Source: an uncultured Actinomycetes bacterium (GTDB lineage: Bacteria; Actinomycetota; Thermoleophilia; UBA2241). From it: a stretch of 64,000 bases of DNA. Location of the stretch: contig CAVYCN010000006.1 in the NCBI GenBank assembly GCA_963767005.1, positions 180,513-244,512 of the forward strand, read 5' to 3'. The notes below the pieces were generated by a model. That model was not told where the DNA came from. It saw nothing but the letters and a program-made list of their open reading frames with translations, and made no database searches. The translations under genes and the position numbers were made by a program. This document shows positions 1 through 10,947 of the stretch, piece after piece (positions within the stretch are counted from its first letter, which is position 1; each line of letters begins with the position of its first letter).

Positions 1-516
1 GATCTTGGCGAGCTGGCTGTTCAGGTACTGGCCGCACGACTTGGCCGCCGGCGAGATCGCGTTGTGGTCGAGGCTCTTGATCGACGAGACCTTGACGCGC
101 ACGCCGTGGGCGACGCCCTCGTCGCCCAGGTAGGTGCCCCACGGCCAGACCGCGATCGACGCCTCGATCGGCGCGCCCAGCGGGTAGAGACCCATCTCGC
201 CGTAGCCGCGGAACACGAGCGGCCTGATGTAGCAGTGCTCGAGGCCGTTGGCGTGGATCAGCTCCTTGGTGGCCTGGGCGAGCTCGGACACGCTGTAGGG
301 CAGCTCCATGTAGTAGAGCTTGGCCGAACGGCCGAGGCGCTCGAGGTGGTCAGTCAGGCGAAAGACCGCGGGGCCACGCTCGGTCTTGTAGGCGCGGATG
401 CCCTCGAAGACCCCGGAGCCGTAGTGCAGCGCGTGGCTGAGCACGTGGACCTTGGCGTCGCCCCAGTCCACGAGCTCGCCGTTCATCCAGATCTTGTCGA
501 CTGCGGGGATGGGCAT
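1..516 (-). CDS. ilvE: Branched-chain amino acid aminotransferase (5' part; runs off the window edge)
   Basis: Manual translation from ATG 516: MPIPAVDKIWMNGELVDWGDAKVHVLSHALHYGSGVFEGIRAY; follows leuB; AGGAG RBS. Confidence 0.93.
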   Translation of the reverse strand, partial: MPIPAVDKIWMNGELVDWGDAKVHVLSHALHYGSGVFEGIRAYKTERGPAVFRLTDHLERLGRSAKLYYMELPYSVSELAQATKELIHANGLEHCYIRPLVFRGYGEMGLYPLGAPIEASIAVWPWGTYLGDEGVAHGVRVKVSSIKSLDHNAISPAAKSCGQYLNSQLAKI

Positions 517-528
517 GTACTCCTCCTT

Positions 529-1593
529 CTACAGCGCCGCGATCACGCGGTCGGTCATTTCGGCAGTGGTCAGCACGGGCTCGCCCGGGGCGGCGATGTC
601 GGCCGTGCGCGCGCCGGCGGCGAGCGCCGTCTCGACGGCGCTCTCGACGGCGCGCGCCGCGTCGGGCAGGCCGAGCGAGAGCTCGAGCATCAGGGCCGCC
701 GAGAGGATGGTGGCGCAGGGGTTCACGACGCCGCGCCCGGCGATGTCGGGCGCCGAGCCGTGGATGGGCTCGTAGAGCGACACGCCGCCGGCGCCCACGC
801 TGGCGCTGGGCAGCATGCCGATGCTGCCGGTGAGCATGGCGGCTTCGTCGGACAGGATGTCGCCGAACAGGTTCTCGGTCGCGATCACGTCGAACTGGCG
901 CGGGTCGCGGATGAGCTGCATGGCGCAGTTGTCGACGTACATGTGGCGCAGCTCGATGTCGGGGTGGCGCGCGGCGGCGCGCAGCGCCGCCGCGCGCCAC
1001 AGCCGCGAGCTCTCGAGCACGTTGGCCTTGTCGACCGAGTGCACCAGGCCGCGCCGCCGGGCGGCGAGGCCGAAGGCGTAGTCGAGCAGGCGGTCGCACT
1101 CGGCCGCCGTGTAGAGCATGGTGTCGTAGGCCGAGTCGCCGACCCGCTCGCGCTTGCCGAAGTAGACGCCGCCGGTGAGCTCGCGCACCACGACCAGGTC
1201 GACGCCGGCGATGGTGCCGGCCTTGATCGTGCTGTTGCCGGCGAGGGCGGCGAAGCTGCGGACCGGGCGCAGGTTGGCGAACAGCTCGAGGCCCTTGCGC
1301 AGGCCGAGCAGGCCCTGCTCGGGGCGCGGTTTGTCGGGGTCGGTCGACTCCCACTTCGGGCCGCCGACGGCGCCGAGCAGCACCGCGTCGCAGGCCCGGC
1401 AGCGCTCGTAGAGGCCGTCCTCGGTGTGCGTGCCGAGGTCGTCGATCGCGGCGCCGCCGAGCAGGCCCCGCTCGTAGGCGAGCGAGAAGTCGAAGCGCTC
1501 GCCGGCCGCCGCGAGCACGCGCTGCGCGGCCGCCACGATCTCGGGGCCGACGCCGTCGCCGGCCAGCACCATCACCCGAAACGAGGCGGTCAC
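529..1593 (-). CDS. leuB: 3-isopropylmalate dehydrogenase
   Basis: [39 protein letters not shown] motifs. Confidence 0.96.
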   Translation of the reverse strand: MTASFRVMVLAGDGVGPEIVAAAQRVLAAAGERFDFSLAYERGLLGGAAIDDLGTHTEDGLYERCRACDAVLLGAVGGPKWESTDPDKPRPEQGLLGLRKGLELFANLRPVRSFAALAGNSTIKAGTIAGVDLVVVRELTGGVYFGKRERVGDSAYDTMLYTAAECDRLLDYAFGLAARRRGLVHSVDKANVLESSRLWRAAALRAAARHPDIELRHMYVDNCAMQLIRDPRQFDVIATENLFGDILSDEAAMLTGSIGMLPSASVGAGGVSLYEPIHGSAPDIAGRGVVNPCATILSAALMLELSLGLPDAARAVESAVETALAAGARTADIAAPGEPVLTTAEMTDRVIAAL

Positions 1594-1663
1594 GAGCGGC
1601 CTCCGCTGGTCACGGCCGGCACTCGGCCGGGCGTTTCGGGCGCGGGCCGCCGCGGGCCGGGGC

Positions 1664-2176
1664 TCATGCCCCGCCCTCGGCCAGGCGCGCCTTGACGTAG
1701 GGCAGCAGGCCGCCGCTGGCGATCAGCTCCTGCATGAACGGCGGGAACGCGTCGCCCTGGTGCCTGGTGCCGCGCGTCAGGTTTTCGACCAGGCCGGCGA
1801 CCGCGTCGACCCGCAGGCGGTCGCCCGCCTGGGCCTCGGCCGCGGCGGCCGGACAGACTACGATCGGCAGGCCGATATTGAGCGCGTTGCGGTAGAAGAT
1901 GCGGGCAAAGGAGGCGGCCACCACGCAGGAGACGCCGGCCGCCTTGATGGCGAGCGGGGCGTGCTCGCGCGAGCTGCCGCAGCCGAAGTTCTCGCGGGCG
2001 ACGATCACGTCGCCCGGCTGCACGCGAGCCACGAAGCCGGCGTCGATGTCCTCCATGCAGTGCGCGCCGAGCTCGGCCGGGTCGCTCGAGTTGAGGTAGC
2101 GGGCCGGGATGATGACGTCGGTGTCGACGTCGCGCCCGTAGGCGTGGACCGTGCCCTCGAAGACCATGCCGGTCAC
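1664..2176 (-). CDS. leuD: 3-isopropylmalate dehydratase small subunit
   Basis: [34 protein letters not shown]; GTG overlaps the leuC stop (GTGA). Confidence 0.95.
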   Translation of the reverse strand: MTGMVFEGTVHAYGRDVDTDVIIPARYLNSSDPAELGAHCMEDIDAGFVARVQPGDVIVARENFGCGSSREHAPLAIKAAGVSCVVAASFARIFYRNALNIGLPIVVCPAAAAEAQAGDRLRVDAVAGLVENLTRGTRHQGDAFPPFMQELIASGGLLPYVKARLAEGGA

Positions 2177-3485
2177 GACGCACCTCCCGCGCTCACGCCA
2201 CGAGCCACCGCGCCCACCATGTCGGGCGTGGCCACGTGCCCGGCGATCGCCGAGGCGGCCGCCACGTAGGGGCTCGCCAGATAGACCTCGCTGCCGGGAT
2301 GGCCCATGCGGCCCACGAAGTTGCGGTTGGTGGTGGCCACGGCGCGCTCGCCCTCGGCGAGGACGCCCATGTGGCCGCCCAGGCAGGGCCCGCAGGTCGG
2401 CGTGCTGAAGGCGCCGCCGGCCTCGATCAGGGCCGCCATGGTGCCGTCGGCCAGGGCGTCGAGGCAGACCTGCTGGGTGCCCGGCAGGATGACGAGGCGC
2501 ACGTCGGGATGGACCGTACGGCCGCGCAGCACCTCGACCGCCTGGTGCAAGTCCTCGAGGCGGCCGTTCGTGCACGAGCCGATCACGACCTGGTCGATGC
2601 GCACGTCGGCGAGGCTCGCCGCCGGCGCCGTGTTGGAGGGCAGGTGCGGCGCCGCCACGGTCGGCTCGACGGCCGCCGCGTCGATCTCGATCTCGCGCGC
2701 GTAGACCGCGTCGGGATCGCTGTTGCACTCGGCCCCGCCGGTGCGGCCGCGGCTGCCGGCCGGGCGCTCGCGCAGGTAGGCAGCGGTGGTCTCGTCGTAG
2801 CCGACGAGGCCGCACTTGGCGCCGGCCTCGATCGCCATGTTGCACATCGTGAAGCGCCCGTCGATGCTCATGCGCTTGATGGCCGGGCCGGTGAGCTCCA
2901 TCGCCTGGTAGAGGGCGCCGTCGACGCCGATCAGGCCGATCGTGTGGAGCATGAGGTCCTTGCCGCCGACGTAGCGCTGCGGCAGGTTGTGGTAGACGAA
3001 GCGGATGCTCTCGGGCACCCGCAGCCAGACGCGGCCCCAGGCCATGGCGGCCGCGAAGTCGGTCGAGCCGATGCCGGTCGAGAAGGCGGCGAGGGCGCCG
3101 TACGTGCAGGTGTGCGAGTCGGCGCCGACCACGACGTCGCCGGGCGCCACGAGCCCCTGCTCGGGCAGCAGCACGTGCTCGATGCCGACGCGGCCGACCT
3201 CCCAGTAGTGCTCGAGGTGCTGCCTGCGGGCGAACTCGCGCATGAGCTTGGCCTGGCCGGCCGCCTTGATGTCCTTGTTGGGCGTGAAGTGGTCGGGCAC
3301 GAGGACCACCTTCGCCGGGTCGAAGACGCGCTCGAAGCCGGCCCTCTCGAACTCGGCGATGCCGATCGGTGCCGTCACATCGTTGGCCAGGGCCAGGTCG
3401 ACGCGGGCCTCGACGATGTCGCCGGGCCAGACCTCGTCGCGGCCCGACGCGCGCGCCAGGATCTTCTCTACGATCGTGTGTCCCA

Positions 3486-3486
<1 letters not shown>
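2173..3486 (-). CDS. leuC: 3-isopropylmalate dehydratase large subunit
   Basis: [45 protein letters not shown]. Confidence 0.96.
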
Positions 3487-5120
<1,634 letters not shown>

Positions 5121-5225
5121 GGCTCACTCCTCTCCAGGCTCGGCGACACGCAAAAACGGCGCCCTGAGCGCTGGCGATGACGGTCCTGCAAGAACGAGAG
5201 TCGGATGGCCGAGCGGCCGCAGGTG

Positions 5226-5330
5226 TTAGGCATCCCCCCGCGGGGGGAGGAGGAGCGCGCCGAGGACGGACAGGGGCCGGACATGGATGGGGCCCTCCTG
5301 ACGGGTGTCGCTTGTCGTCCTGCTGCGCAT
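5226..5330 (-). CDS. Putative leucine leader peptide, 34 aa (MRSRTTSDTRQEGPIHVRPLSVLGALLLPPRGDA)
   Basis: ATG 9 nt after a TACAAT -10; three tandem CTC Leu codons; directly upstream of leuA; followed by a weak hairpin + TTTTT at about 5151-5173. Confidence 0.7.
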   Translation of the reverse strand: MRSRTTSDTRQEGPIHVRPLSVLGALLLPPRGDA

Positions 5331-5339
5331 GGTCCGGCA

Positions 5340-5369
5340 ATTGTATGCGGGCGGGCGAGGGCGGCGCAA
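5340..5369 (-). promoter_or_regulatory. Sigma70-type promoter for the leu operon (TTGCGC-N18-TACAAT)
   Basis: Read on the minus strand. Confidence 0.6.
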
Positions 5370-5386
5370 GCGCGCCGCCCTCGCCC
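5353..5386 (-). terminator. 15-bp stem hairpin after serA
   Basis: GGGCGAGGGCGGCGC-aagc-GCGCCGCCCTCGCCC perfect inverted repeat just after the serA stop. Confidence 0.6.
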
Positions 5387-5401
5387 TTCTCCCCCGCGCC
5401 G

Positions 5402-7000
5402 CTACAGCCGCACGCGCTTGCCGTCGTGCAGGCCGGCCTCGCGGATCAGGCCCTGGAGGTCCTCCTGGGGGATCGGCGAGTCGAGCGTGAGCGCCATCAC
5501 GGCCTTGCGGTCGGCCAGGGTGCGGCCCACCGACATCTGGGCGATGTTGATGCCCAGAGCGCCGAGCTTGGTGCCGATCTTGCCTATCATGCCGGGCACG
5601 TCGTCGTAGCGCAGAAAGACCATGTGCTCGGCCGGCTCGATGTCGACGTCCTGGCCGTAGATGCGCACCAGGCGCGGCTTGTGCTTGGGCCCGATCGCGG
5701 TCGCCGACAGCGCCAGGTCGCCGCCGCGGTCGCGGCTCGTCACGGTGATCAGGTTGAGGTAGTCGACCGCCTCGGGCTTGCGGACCTCCTTGAAGGTGAT
5801 GCCGCGCTCCTCGGCCATGGCCGTCACGTTGACGAAGTTGACCTCGCCCTCGACCACGTTCGAGAGCACGCCGGAGAGCACGCTCAGCGCCAGGATGCGG
5901 GTGTCGTAGCGGCTGATCACGCCCTCGTAGGTGATCTCGAGGGCCTCGACTGGGCCTTCGGCGAGCTGCACCGTGGCCTTGCCGAGCAGCTCGCAGGCGC
6001 GCAGGTAGGGCAGCAGCTCGTCGGCCTCGTCGCCGAGGGTGAGCGGCACGTTCACGGCGTTGGGCGCGAACTGGCCCTTGAGCGCCAGGGCGACCTGCTC
6101 GGCGACCTGGGTGCCGGCCCGGAGCTGCGCCTCCTTGGTGGAGGCGCCCAGGTGCGGCGTGCTCACCACCTGGTCGTAGGCGAGCAGCGGGTCGTCGGTG
6201 GTGGGCTCGGTGGGCCACACGTCGATCGCGGCGCCGGCGACCTTGCCGCTCTCGAGGGCGCGCCCGAGCGCCGCCTCGTCGATGATCCCGCCGCGCGCCA
6301 CGTTGATGACGCGCACGCCGTCCTTCATGGCGGCGAAAGCCGCATCGCCGATGAAGCCGATCGTCTCGGCGTTCTTGGGCAGGTGCACGGTGACGAAGTC
6401 GGCCACGGCGTAGACCGCCTCGGCCGTGTCGGCGCGCTGCAGGCCGAGCTCGCGGAAGCGCTCGGCCGGCACGAACGGGTCGAAGGCCACCACGTGCATG
6501 CCTAGACCGCGGGCTCGCTCGGCCACGAGAAAGCCGATGCGCCCCAGGCCGATGATGCCGAGGGTCTTGTCGGCGAGCTCGACACCGCCGTACTTGGAGC
6601 GGTCCCAGCGGCCCGCCTTGAGGGCGCCGTGGGCCTGCGGGATGTTGCGGGCGCAGGCCATCAGCATGGCGATCGTGTGCTCGGCCGCCGACAGCACGTT
6701 GCTGGCCGGCGCGTTCACCACGATGATGCCGCGCCTGGTGGCCGCCGGCACGTCGACGTTGTCGACACCCACGCCGGCGCGACCCACTACCTTGAGGTTG
6801 CGCGCCGCCTCGATCACCTCGGCCGTCACCTTGGTGGCCGAGCGCACGAGCAGGGCGTCGTAGTCGCCGATGCGCGCGAGGAACTCCTCGGGCGTCCAGT
6901 CGAGCCCGGTGTCGACGGCGAAGCCCTGCTCCTTCAGGTAGGCGATGCCCTCGGGGGCGAGCTTCTCCTTGACCAGGACCTTCTTGGGCTCGTCGCTCAC
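5402..7000 (-). CDS. serA: D-3-phosphoglycerate dehydrogenase (long form with ASB and ACT domains)
   Basis: RAGVGVDNVD, GLGRIG, NVARGG, TPHLGASTKEAQ, C-terminal ACT (DVPGMIGKIG); GTG start at 7000. Confidence 0.95.
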   Translation of the reverse strand: MSDEPKKVLVKEKLAPEGIAYLKEQGFAVDTGLDWTPEEFLARIGDYDALLVRSATKVTAEVIEAARNLKVVGRAGVGVDNVDVPAATRRGIIVVNAPASNVLSAAEHTIAMLMACARNIPQAHGALKAGRWDRSKYGGVELADKTLGIIGLGRIGFLVAERARGLGMHVVAFDPFVPAERFRELGLQRADTAEAVYAVADFVTVHLPKNAETIGFIGDAAFAAMKDGVRVINVARGGIIDEAALGRALESGKVAGAAIDVWPTEPTTDDPLLAYDQVVSTPHLGASTKEAQLRAGTQVAEQVALALKGQFAPNAVNVPLTLGDEADELLPYLRACELLGKATVQLAEGPVEALEITYEGVISRYDTRILALSVLSGVLSNVVEGEVNFVNVTAMAEERGITFKEVRKPEAVDYLNLITVTSRDRGGDLALSATAIGPKHKPRLVRIYGQDVDIEPAEHMVFLRYDDVPGMIGKIGTKLGALGINIAQMSVGRTLADRKAVMALTLDSPIPQEDLQGLIREAGLHDGKRVRL

Positions 7001-8151
7001 AGCGCCACCTCGCTCTTCATGAAGACCTGCTCGGCGGCGCCCACGGAGGCGCCCCACCTGACGTCGTAGCCCAGCTCGGCGAGCACCATCTCGACGACCG
7101 ACAGTCCGACCACGATGTCGGAGGCGCCGAAGTAGCCGCAGTGGCCGAAGCGGAAGATCTGACCCTTGAGGCGGCCCTGGCCGCCGGCCAGCCACACGCC
7201 GTAGCGGTCGCGCGCGAGCTTGCCGATCTTGCCGCCGTCGACGCCGGCCGGCACCTTGACGGCCGTGACCGAGTTGGCGGCCGGGTCGTCGGGGCCGAAC
7301 AGCTCGAGGCCGAGCGCCTTGACGCCCTCTTTGCAACCCCGGCTGAGCACCGCGTGGCGGGTGAACACGTTGGGGAGGCCCTCGGCCCGGATCATCTCGA
7401 TCGCCTTGTTCAGCATGACGAACAGCGAGACGGCCGGCGTGAACGGCGTCTGACCGTCCTTGGCCTTGTCGCGGTAGGACGGCCAGTCGAAGTAGAAGCG
7501 CGGCTGGATGGCCGCCGCGACGACCTTCCAGGCCTTCTCGCTCACGGCGACGCTGGCCAGGCCGGGCGGGATCATGAGCGCCTTCTGCGAACCGGCCACA
7601 CAGACGTCGACCTGCCACTCGTCGGTCGGCAGGTCGGTCGCGCCCAGGCCGGAGATGGCGTCGACCACGAGGATCGCCGGGGTGCGGGCCACGATCTCGC
7701 CGATCGCCTTGATGTCGTTGACCACGCCGGTCGAGGTCTCGGAGAACTGCGTGTAGACGGCCTTGGCCTCGGGGTGGTCGGCCAGGGCCTGAGCGATGGC
7801 GGCCGGATCGGCCTTGGTGCCCCACTCGAAGTCGAGGGCGACGACGTTGGCGCCCCACTTCTTGTTGAGTTTCACCCAGCGCTCGCCGAAGTTGCCGACC
7901 GACGCGACGATCACGGTGTCGCCGGGGTTCACGACGTTGACCACGGCCGACTCCATGGCGCCCGTGCCGGAGGCGGCGAAGATCACGACGTCGTTGCTCG
8001 TCTGGTAGACGTACTGCAGGCCGGCGACGCACTCGTGGAAGATCTCGACGAAGCGCGGCGCGCGGTGGTGCACGATGGGCTCGGCGCCGGCGAGCAGGAC
8101 CTCGGGCGGCACCGGCGTGGGGCCCGGGGTGATGAGAAAGCGCTTCAGCAT
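6997..8151 (-). CDS. Class V PLP aminotransferase (alanine-glyoxylate/serine-pyruvate family); probable phosphoserine aminotransferase substitute
   Basis: TPGPTPV, SGTGAME, ETSTG, VDAIS, GSQKAL; translationally coupled to serA. Confidence 0.88.
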   Translation of the reverse strand: MLKRFLITPGPTPVPPEVLLAGAEPIVHHRAPRFVEIFHECVAGLQYVYQTSNDVVIFAASGTGAMESAVVNVVNPGDTVIVASVGNFGERWVKLNKKWGANVVALDFEWGTKADPAAIAQALADHPEAKAVYTQFSETSTGVVNDIKAIGEIVARTPAILVVDAISGLGATDLPTDEWQVDVCVAGSQKALMIPPGLASVAVSEKAWKVVAAAIQPRFYFDWPSYRDKAKDGQTPFTPAVSLFVMLNKAIEMIRAEGLPNVFTRHAVLSRGCKEGVKALGLELFGPDDPAANSVTAVKVPAGVDGGKIGKLARDRYGVWLAGGQGRLKGQIFRFGHCGYFGASDIVVGLSVVEMVLAELGYDVRWGASVGAAEQVFMKSEVAL

Positions 8152-8436
8152 GGTCGTCCTTTCAGGTTCTCGGTCGGGGCCCGCGCAAGGCGCGGGCGGC
8201 GGGCGAAAGACGTTGGCCGAGTGGTACCCGCGGGCGGCGAGTGCCGGACGGCCGGCGGGTCAGACAGGGCACGATCGGGCGATCGTGTCGCGCGGCAGGA
8301 GCAGGGCGCGGCGCAGGGCGTAGGGCGCGTGCAGCTCGCGACGCCGGAAGGGGCGGCGGCCGTGGCACGCGACGGCGTCGTCGCACGACGGCAGGGCACA
8401 AGAAGCAGAGTGAGGGTAAGGGTGGTGGGCGGAGTC

Positions 8437-8480
8437 CGGCTGGGACGGGCGGGGACCACAGCCCCCGCCCGTCCCAGCCG
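8437..8480 (-). promoter_or_regulatory. Perfect 18-bp stem hairpin in the serine operon leader (terminator/attenuator candidate)
   Basis: CGGCTGGGACGGGCGGGG-N8-CCCCGCCCGTCCCAGCCG. Confidence 0.65.
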
Positions 8481-8510
8481 TCACGACGGGCGATGTGTCG
8501 AGTCTCGCAT
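8481..8510 (-). CDS. Leaderless 9-aa uORF MRDSTHRPS (putative leader peptide)
   Basis: ATG 7 nt after TATGCT (-10, 8518-8523); TGGACA -35 at 8542-8547 (18-nt spacer); UGA directly abuts the 18-bp hairpin. Confidence 0.55.
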   Translation of the reverse strand: MRDSTHRPS

Positions 8511-8561
8511 GGCCGGCAGCATAAACGACGGGCCGCGCGGGTGTCCAGTGGTGAGCGCGGG

Positions 8562-8627
8562 GGCCGTCACGCCGCGGCGAGCCACGTGCGCACAGGCCGT
8601 CACGCCGCGGCGGGCAACGTGCACACG
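8562..8627. repeat. Two imperfect 33-bp tandem repeats
   Basis: GGCCGTCACGCCGCGGCGAGCCACGTGCGCACA / GGCCGTCACGCCGCGGCGGGCAACGTGCACACG. Confidence 0.8.
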
Positions 8628-8631
8628 CGCC

Positions 8632-8787
8632 TTAGCGGCGCGCGAACATGACGCTGGTGAGCACCTGCCCGATGATCGCCATCACGCTCAGGACCATGAA
8701 GAGCTGGTCGCGGGTCGCCAGGAACAGCATGAAGAACGTGGCCCAGATGAAGACGCCGACCACCCGCGCGATATTCCGAGTACTCAT
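8632..8787 (-). CDS. Small 51-aa membrane protein with two hydrophobic segments (below the ORF-track cutoff)
   Basis: MSTRNIARVVGVFIWATFFMLFLATRDQLFMVLSVMAIIGQVLTSVMFARR; strong AAGGAGAGGGG RBS; GC3-biased codons. Confidence 0.8.
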   Translation of the reverse strand: MSTRNIARVVGVFIWATFFMLFLATRDQLFMVLSVMAIIGQVLTSVMFARR

Positions 8788-8849
8788 CCCCTCTCCTTGT
8801 ATGTGCCCGATGGACCGGCGGCCTCGTGCCGGCGCCGACGGCAGCGTGA

Positions 8850-8878
8850 GTATCGGCAGCCCACCCTCCGCGCCTTGA
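8850..8878 (-). promoter_or_regulatory. Sigma28 (FliA/WhiG)-type promoter TCAAG-N16-GCCGATAC
   Basis: Upstream of the 51-aa gene; same motif recurs at 44978 and 45718. Confidence 0.6.
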
Positions 8879-8993
8879 GCACTTTATCCATCGCAATCGT
8901 ACGAAGGATGGTTCCGGCGCGACGCCGGACGACCATCCGAGGTGAGTCCCACGGCGCGAGGATCAGGGCACGACGATGATGGATGCGTAGAAG

Positions 8994-9020
8994 GGGGCCG
9001 CCGAAAGCGCAAGCGGCCCC
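8994..9020 (-). terminator. Hairpin terminator after ilvC
   Basis: GGGGCCGC...GCGGCCCC followed by CTTCT on the minus strand. Confidence 0.55.
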
Positions 9021-9083
9021 GGCGGCACACGCCGCCGGGGCCGCTGTTCCGACCGACCGTTGCGCGAAGTGCGCTCCGAGCGC

Positions 9084-10094
9084 TCAGGCGTCGAGGTCGA
9101 ACCCGCGCTCGCCGATCCAGCTCATCATGCCGCGCAGCTTCTTGCCGACGATCTCGATCTGGTGCTCCTTGCCCTGCTGCTGGAGCGCGTTGAAGACCGG
9201 CCGGCCGGCCTGGTTCTCGAGGATCCACTCGCGGGCAAAGGCGCCCGAGCGGATGTCGGCCAGCATGCGCCGCATGCGGTCGCGCGTGTCCTCGTCGATC
9301 ACGACCGGCCCGCGGGTGAGGTCGCCGTACTCGGCCGTGTCGCTGATCGAGTAGCGCATGCCGCTGATGCCCTGCTCCCAGATGAGGTCGACGATCAGCT
9401 TGAGCTCGTGCAGGCACTCGAAGTAGGCGATCTCGGGCTGGTAGCCCGCCTCGACCAGCGTGTCGAAGCCGGCCATGATGAGCTCGGTCACGCCGCCACA
9501 GAGCACGGCCTGCTCGCCGAACAGGTCGGTCTCGGTCTCCTCTTCGAAGCTGGTCTCGATCACACCGGCGCGCGTGGCGCCGATGCCCTTGGCGTAGGCC
9601 AGGGCGAGGTCCTTCGCCTTGCCGCTCGCGTCCTGGAACACGGCGATCAGCGAGGGCACGCCCTTGCCCTCTTCGTACTGGCGCCGCACCAGGTGGCCGG
9701 GGCCCTTGGGGGCGACCATGATGACGTCGACGTCCTTGGGCGGCACGATCTGGTTGAAGTGGATGTTGAAGCCGTGGGCGAACATGAGGACCTTGCCGGC
9801 CTTCAGCTTGGCGGCGACGTCGCTCTTGTAGAGGCGCGCCTGCACGTCGTCGGGCACGAGCATGATGATCATGTCGCCGCGCTCGGCCGCGGCGGCCGCC
9901 GAGAGGATCTCGAAGCCGGCCTTCTGGGCGCGCTCGGCATTGGGCGTGCCTGGCAGGTCGGACACGACCACGTTGACGCCCGAGTCGCGCAGGTTCTGGG
10001 CGTGGGCGTGACCCTGGCTGCCGAAGCCGATCACGGCGACGGTCTTGCCTTTGATCAGGCCGAGATCAGCGTCTGCGTCGTAGTACATCTGCAC
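9084..10094 (-). CDS. ilvC: Ketol-acid reductoisomerase
   Basis: [49 protein letters not shown]; GTG start with AAGGAG RBS. Confidence 0.96.
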   Translation of the reverse strand: MQMYYDADADLGLIKGKTVAVIGFGSQGHAHAQNLRDSGVNVVVSDLPGTPNAERAQKAGFEILSAAAAAERGDMIIMLVPDDVQARLYKSDVAAKLKAGKVLMFAHGFNIHFNQIVPPKDVDVIMVAPKGPGHLVRRQYEEGKGVPSLIAVFQDASGKAKDLALAYAKGIGATRAGVIETSFEEETETDLFGEQAVLCGGVTELIMAGFDTLVEAGYQPEIAYFECLHELKLIVDLIWEQGISGMRYSISDTAEYGDLTRGPVVIDEDTRDRMRRMLADIRSGAFAREWILENQAGRPVFNALQQQGKEHQIEIVGKKLRGMMSWIGERGFDLDA

Positions 10095-10186
10095 GTCTCC
10101 TTCTCGTGACGCCCCGCCGGGGCGACTGCACTCGGAACTTGGAACTTTACTTCGTCGGGCCGCGCGCGGCAACGCGACCGGGAGCG

Positions 10187-10264
10187 TCAGAACGTCGACG
10201 CGGCACCCATCAGGAGGGCCCGGGGGTGCGGGGAGGGTGGAGCATGGTGCAGGCTGCGTACCAC
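10187..10264 (-). CDS. Putative leaderless leader peptide upstream of ilvC, 25 aa ([25 protein letters not shown])
   Basis: GTG 7 nt after TAGGCT (10272-10277); GTGACA -35 (10295-10300, 17-nt spacer); Leu codons CTC CTG are complementary to the ilvC RBS. Confidence 0.45.
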   Translation of the reverse strand: MVRSLHHAPPSPHPRALLMGAASTF

Positions 10265-10296
10265 GCGGCGAAGCCTACGCCGCTCGACGTACGGTG

Positions 10297-10875
10297 TCAC
10301 GAAGGGGGCAGGACGCGCTCGATGCGCCGGTCGGGCACCAGCCAGAGCGCAGCGACGGCGATGTAGAGCGCGTTGCTTGCCACGGGCGACGCGAACGCGA
10401 GCGGGATCGCGGCGGCGTACATCAGCGGCGAGATCTTGCCCTTGAGGTCGCGGCCCACGGCGGCGGCCAGAAGCGAGCCGGGGCCCTGCCCGGCGATGAT
10501 CGTGCGCTGCAGCACGTAGTAGGCGATCGCGGCGAGCAGCAGGACGGTCCCGTAGACGGCCGTCGGCAGGGCCGCGAAGTCGCTGCCGCCCATCCAGCCG
10601 GTCGCGAACGGAAACAGCGAGAGCCAGAACAGCAGCGCCAGGTTGGCCCAGAGCACGCCGCCCGTGACGCGCTCGGTCACGTGCAGCATGTGGTGGTGGT
10701 TGTTCCAGTAGATGCCGAGGTAGACGAAGCTCAGGACGTAGCTGAAGAAGATCGAGCGCTCGGACCACAGGGCACCGAGGTCGGTGCCGTGCGGCGGCCG
10801 CAGCTCGAGTACGCTGATCGTGATGATGATGGCGAGCACGCCGTCGCTGAACGCCTCGAGCCTGCCGGTCCCCAC
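10297..10875 (-). CDS. TMEM175-family (DUF1211) membrane protein / K+ channel
   Basis: RLEAFSDGVLAIIITI, YWNNHH motifs. Confidence 0.9.
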   Translation of the reverse strand: MGTGRLEAFSDGVLAIIITISVLELRPPHGTDLGALWSERSIFFSYVLSFVYLGIYWNNHHHMLHVTERVTGGVLWANLALLFWLSLFPFATGWMGGSDFAALPTAVYGTVLLLAAIAYYVLQRTIIAGQGPGSLLAAAVGRDLKGKISPLMYAAAIPLAFASPVASNALYIAVAALWLVPDRRIERVLPPS

Positions 10876-10947
10876 ACAGCCTCCTGAAGAGCGCGGGCGG
10901 GGCGGGCGGCCGGCGCCGCCGGCCGCCCGCCCCGCCCGTCGTGTCTT

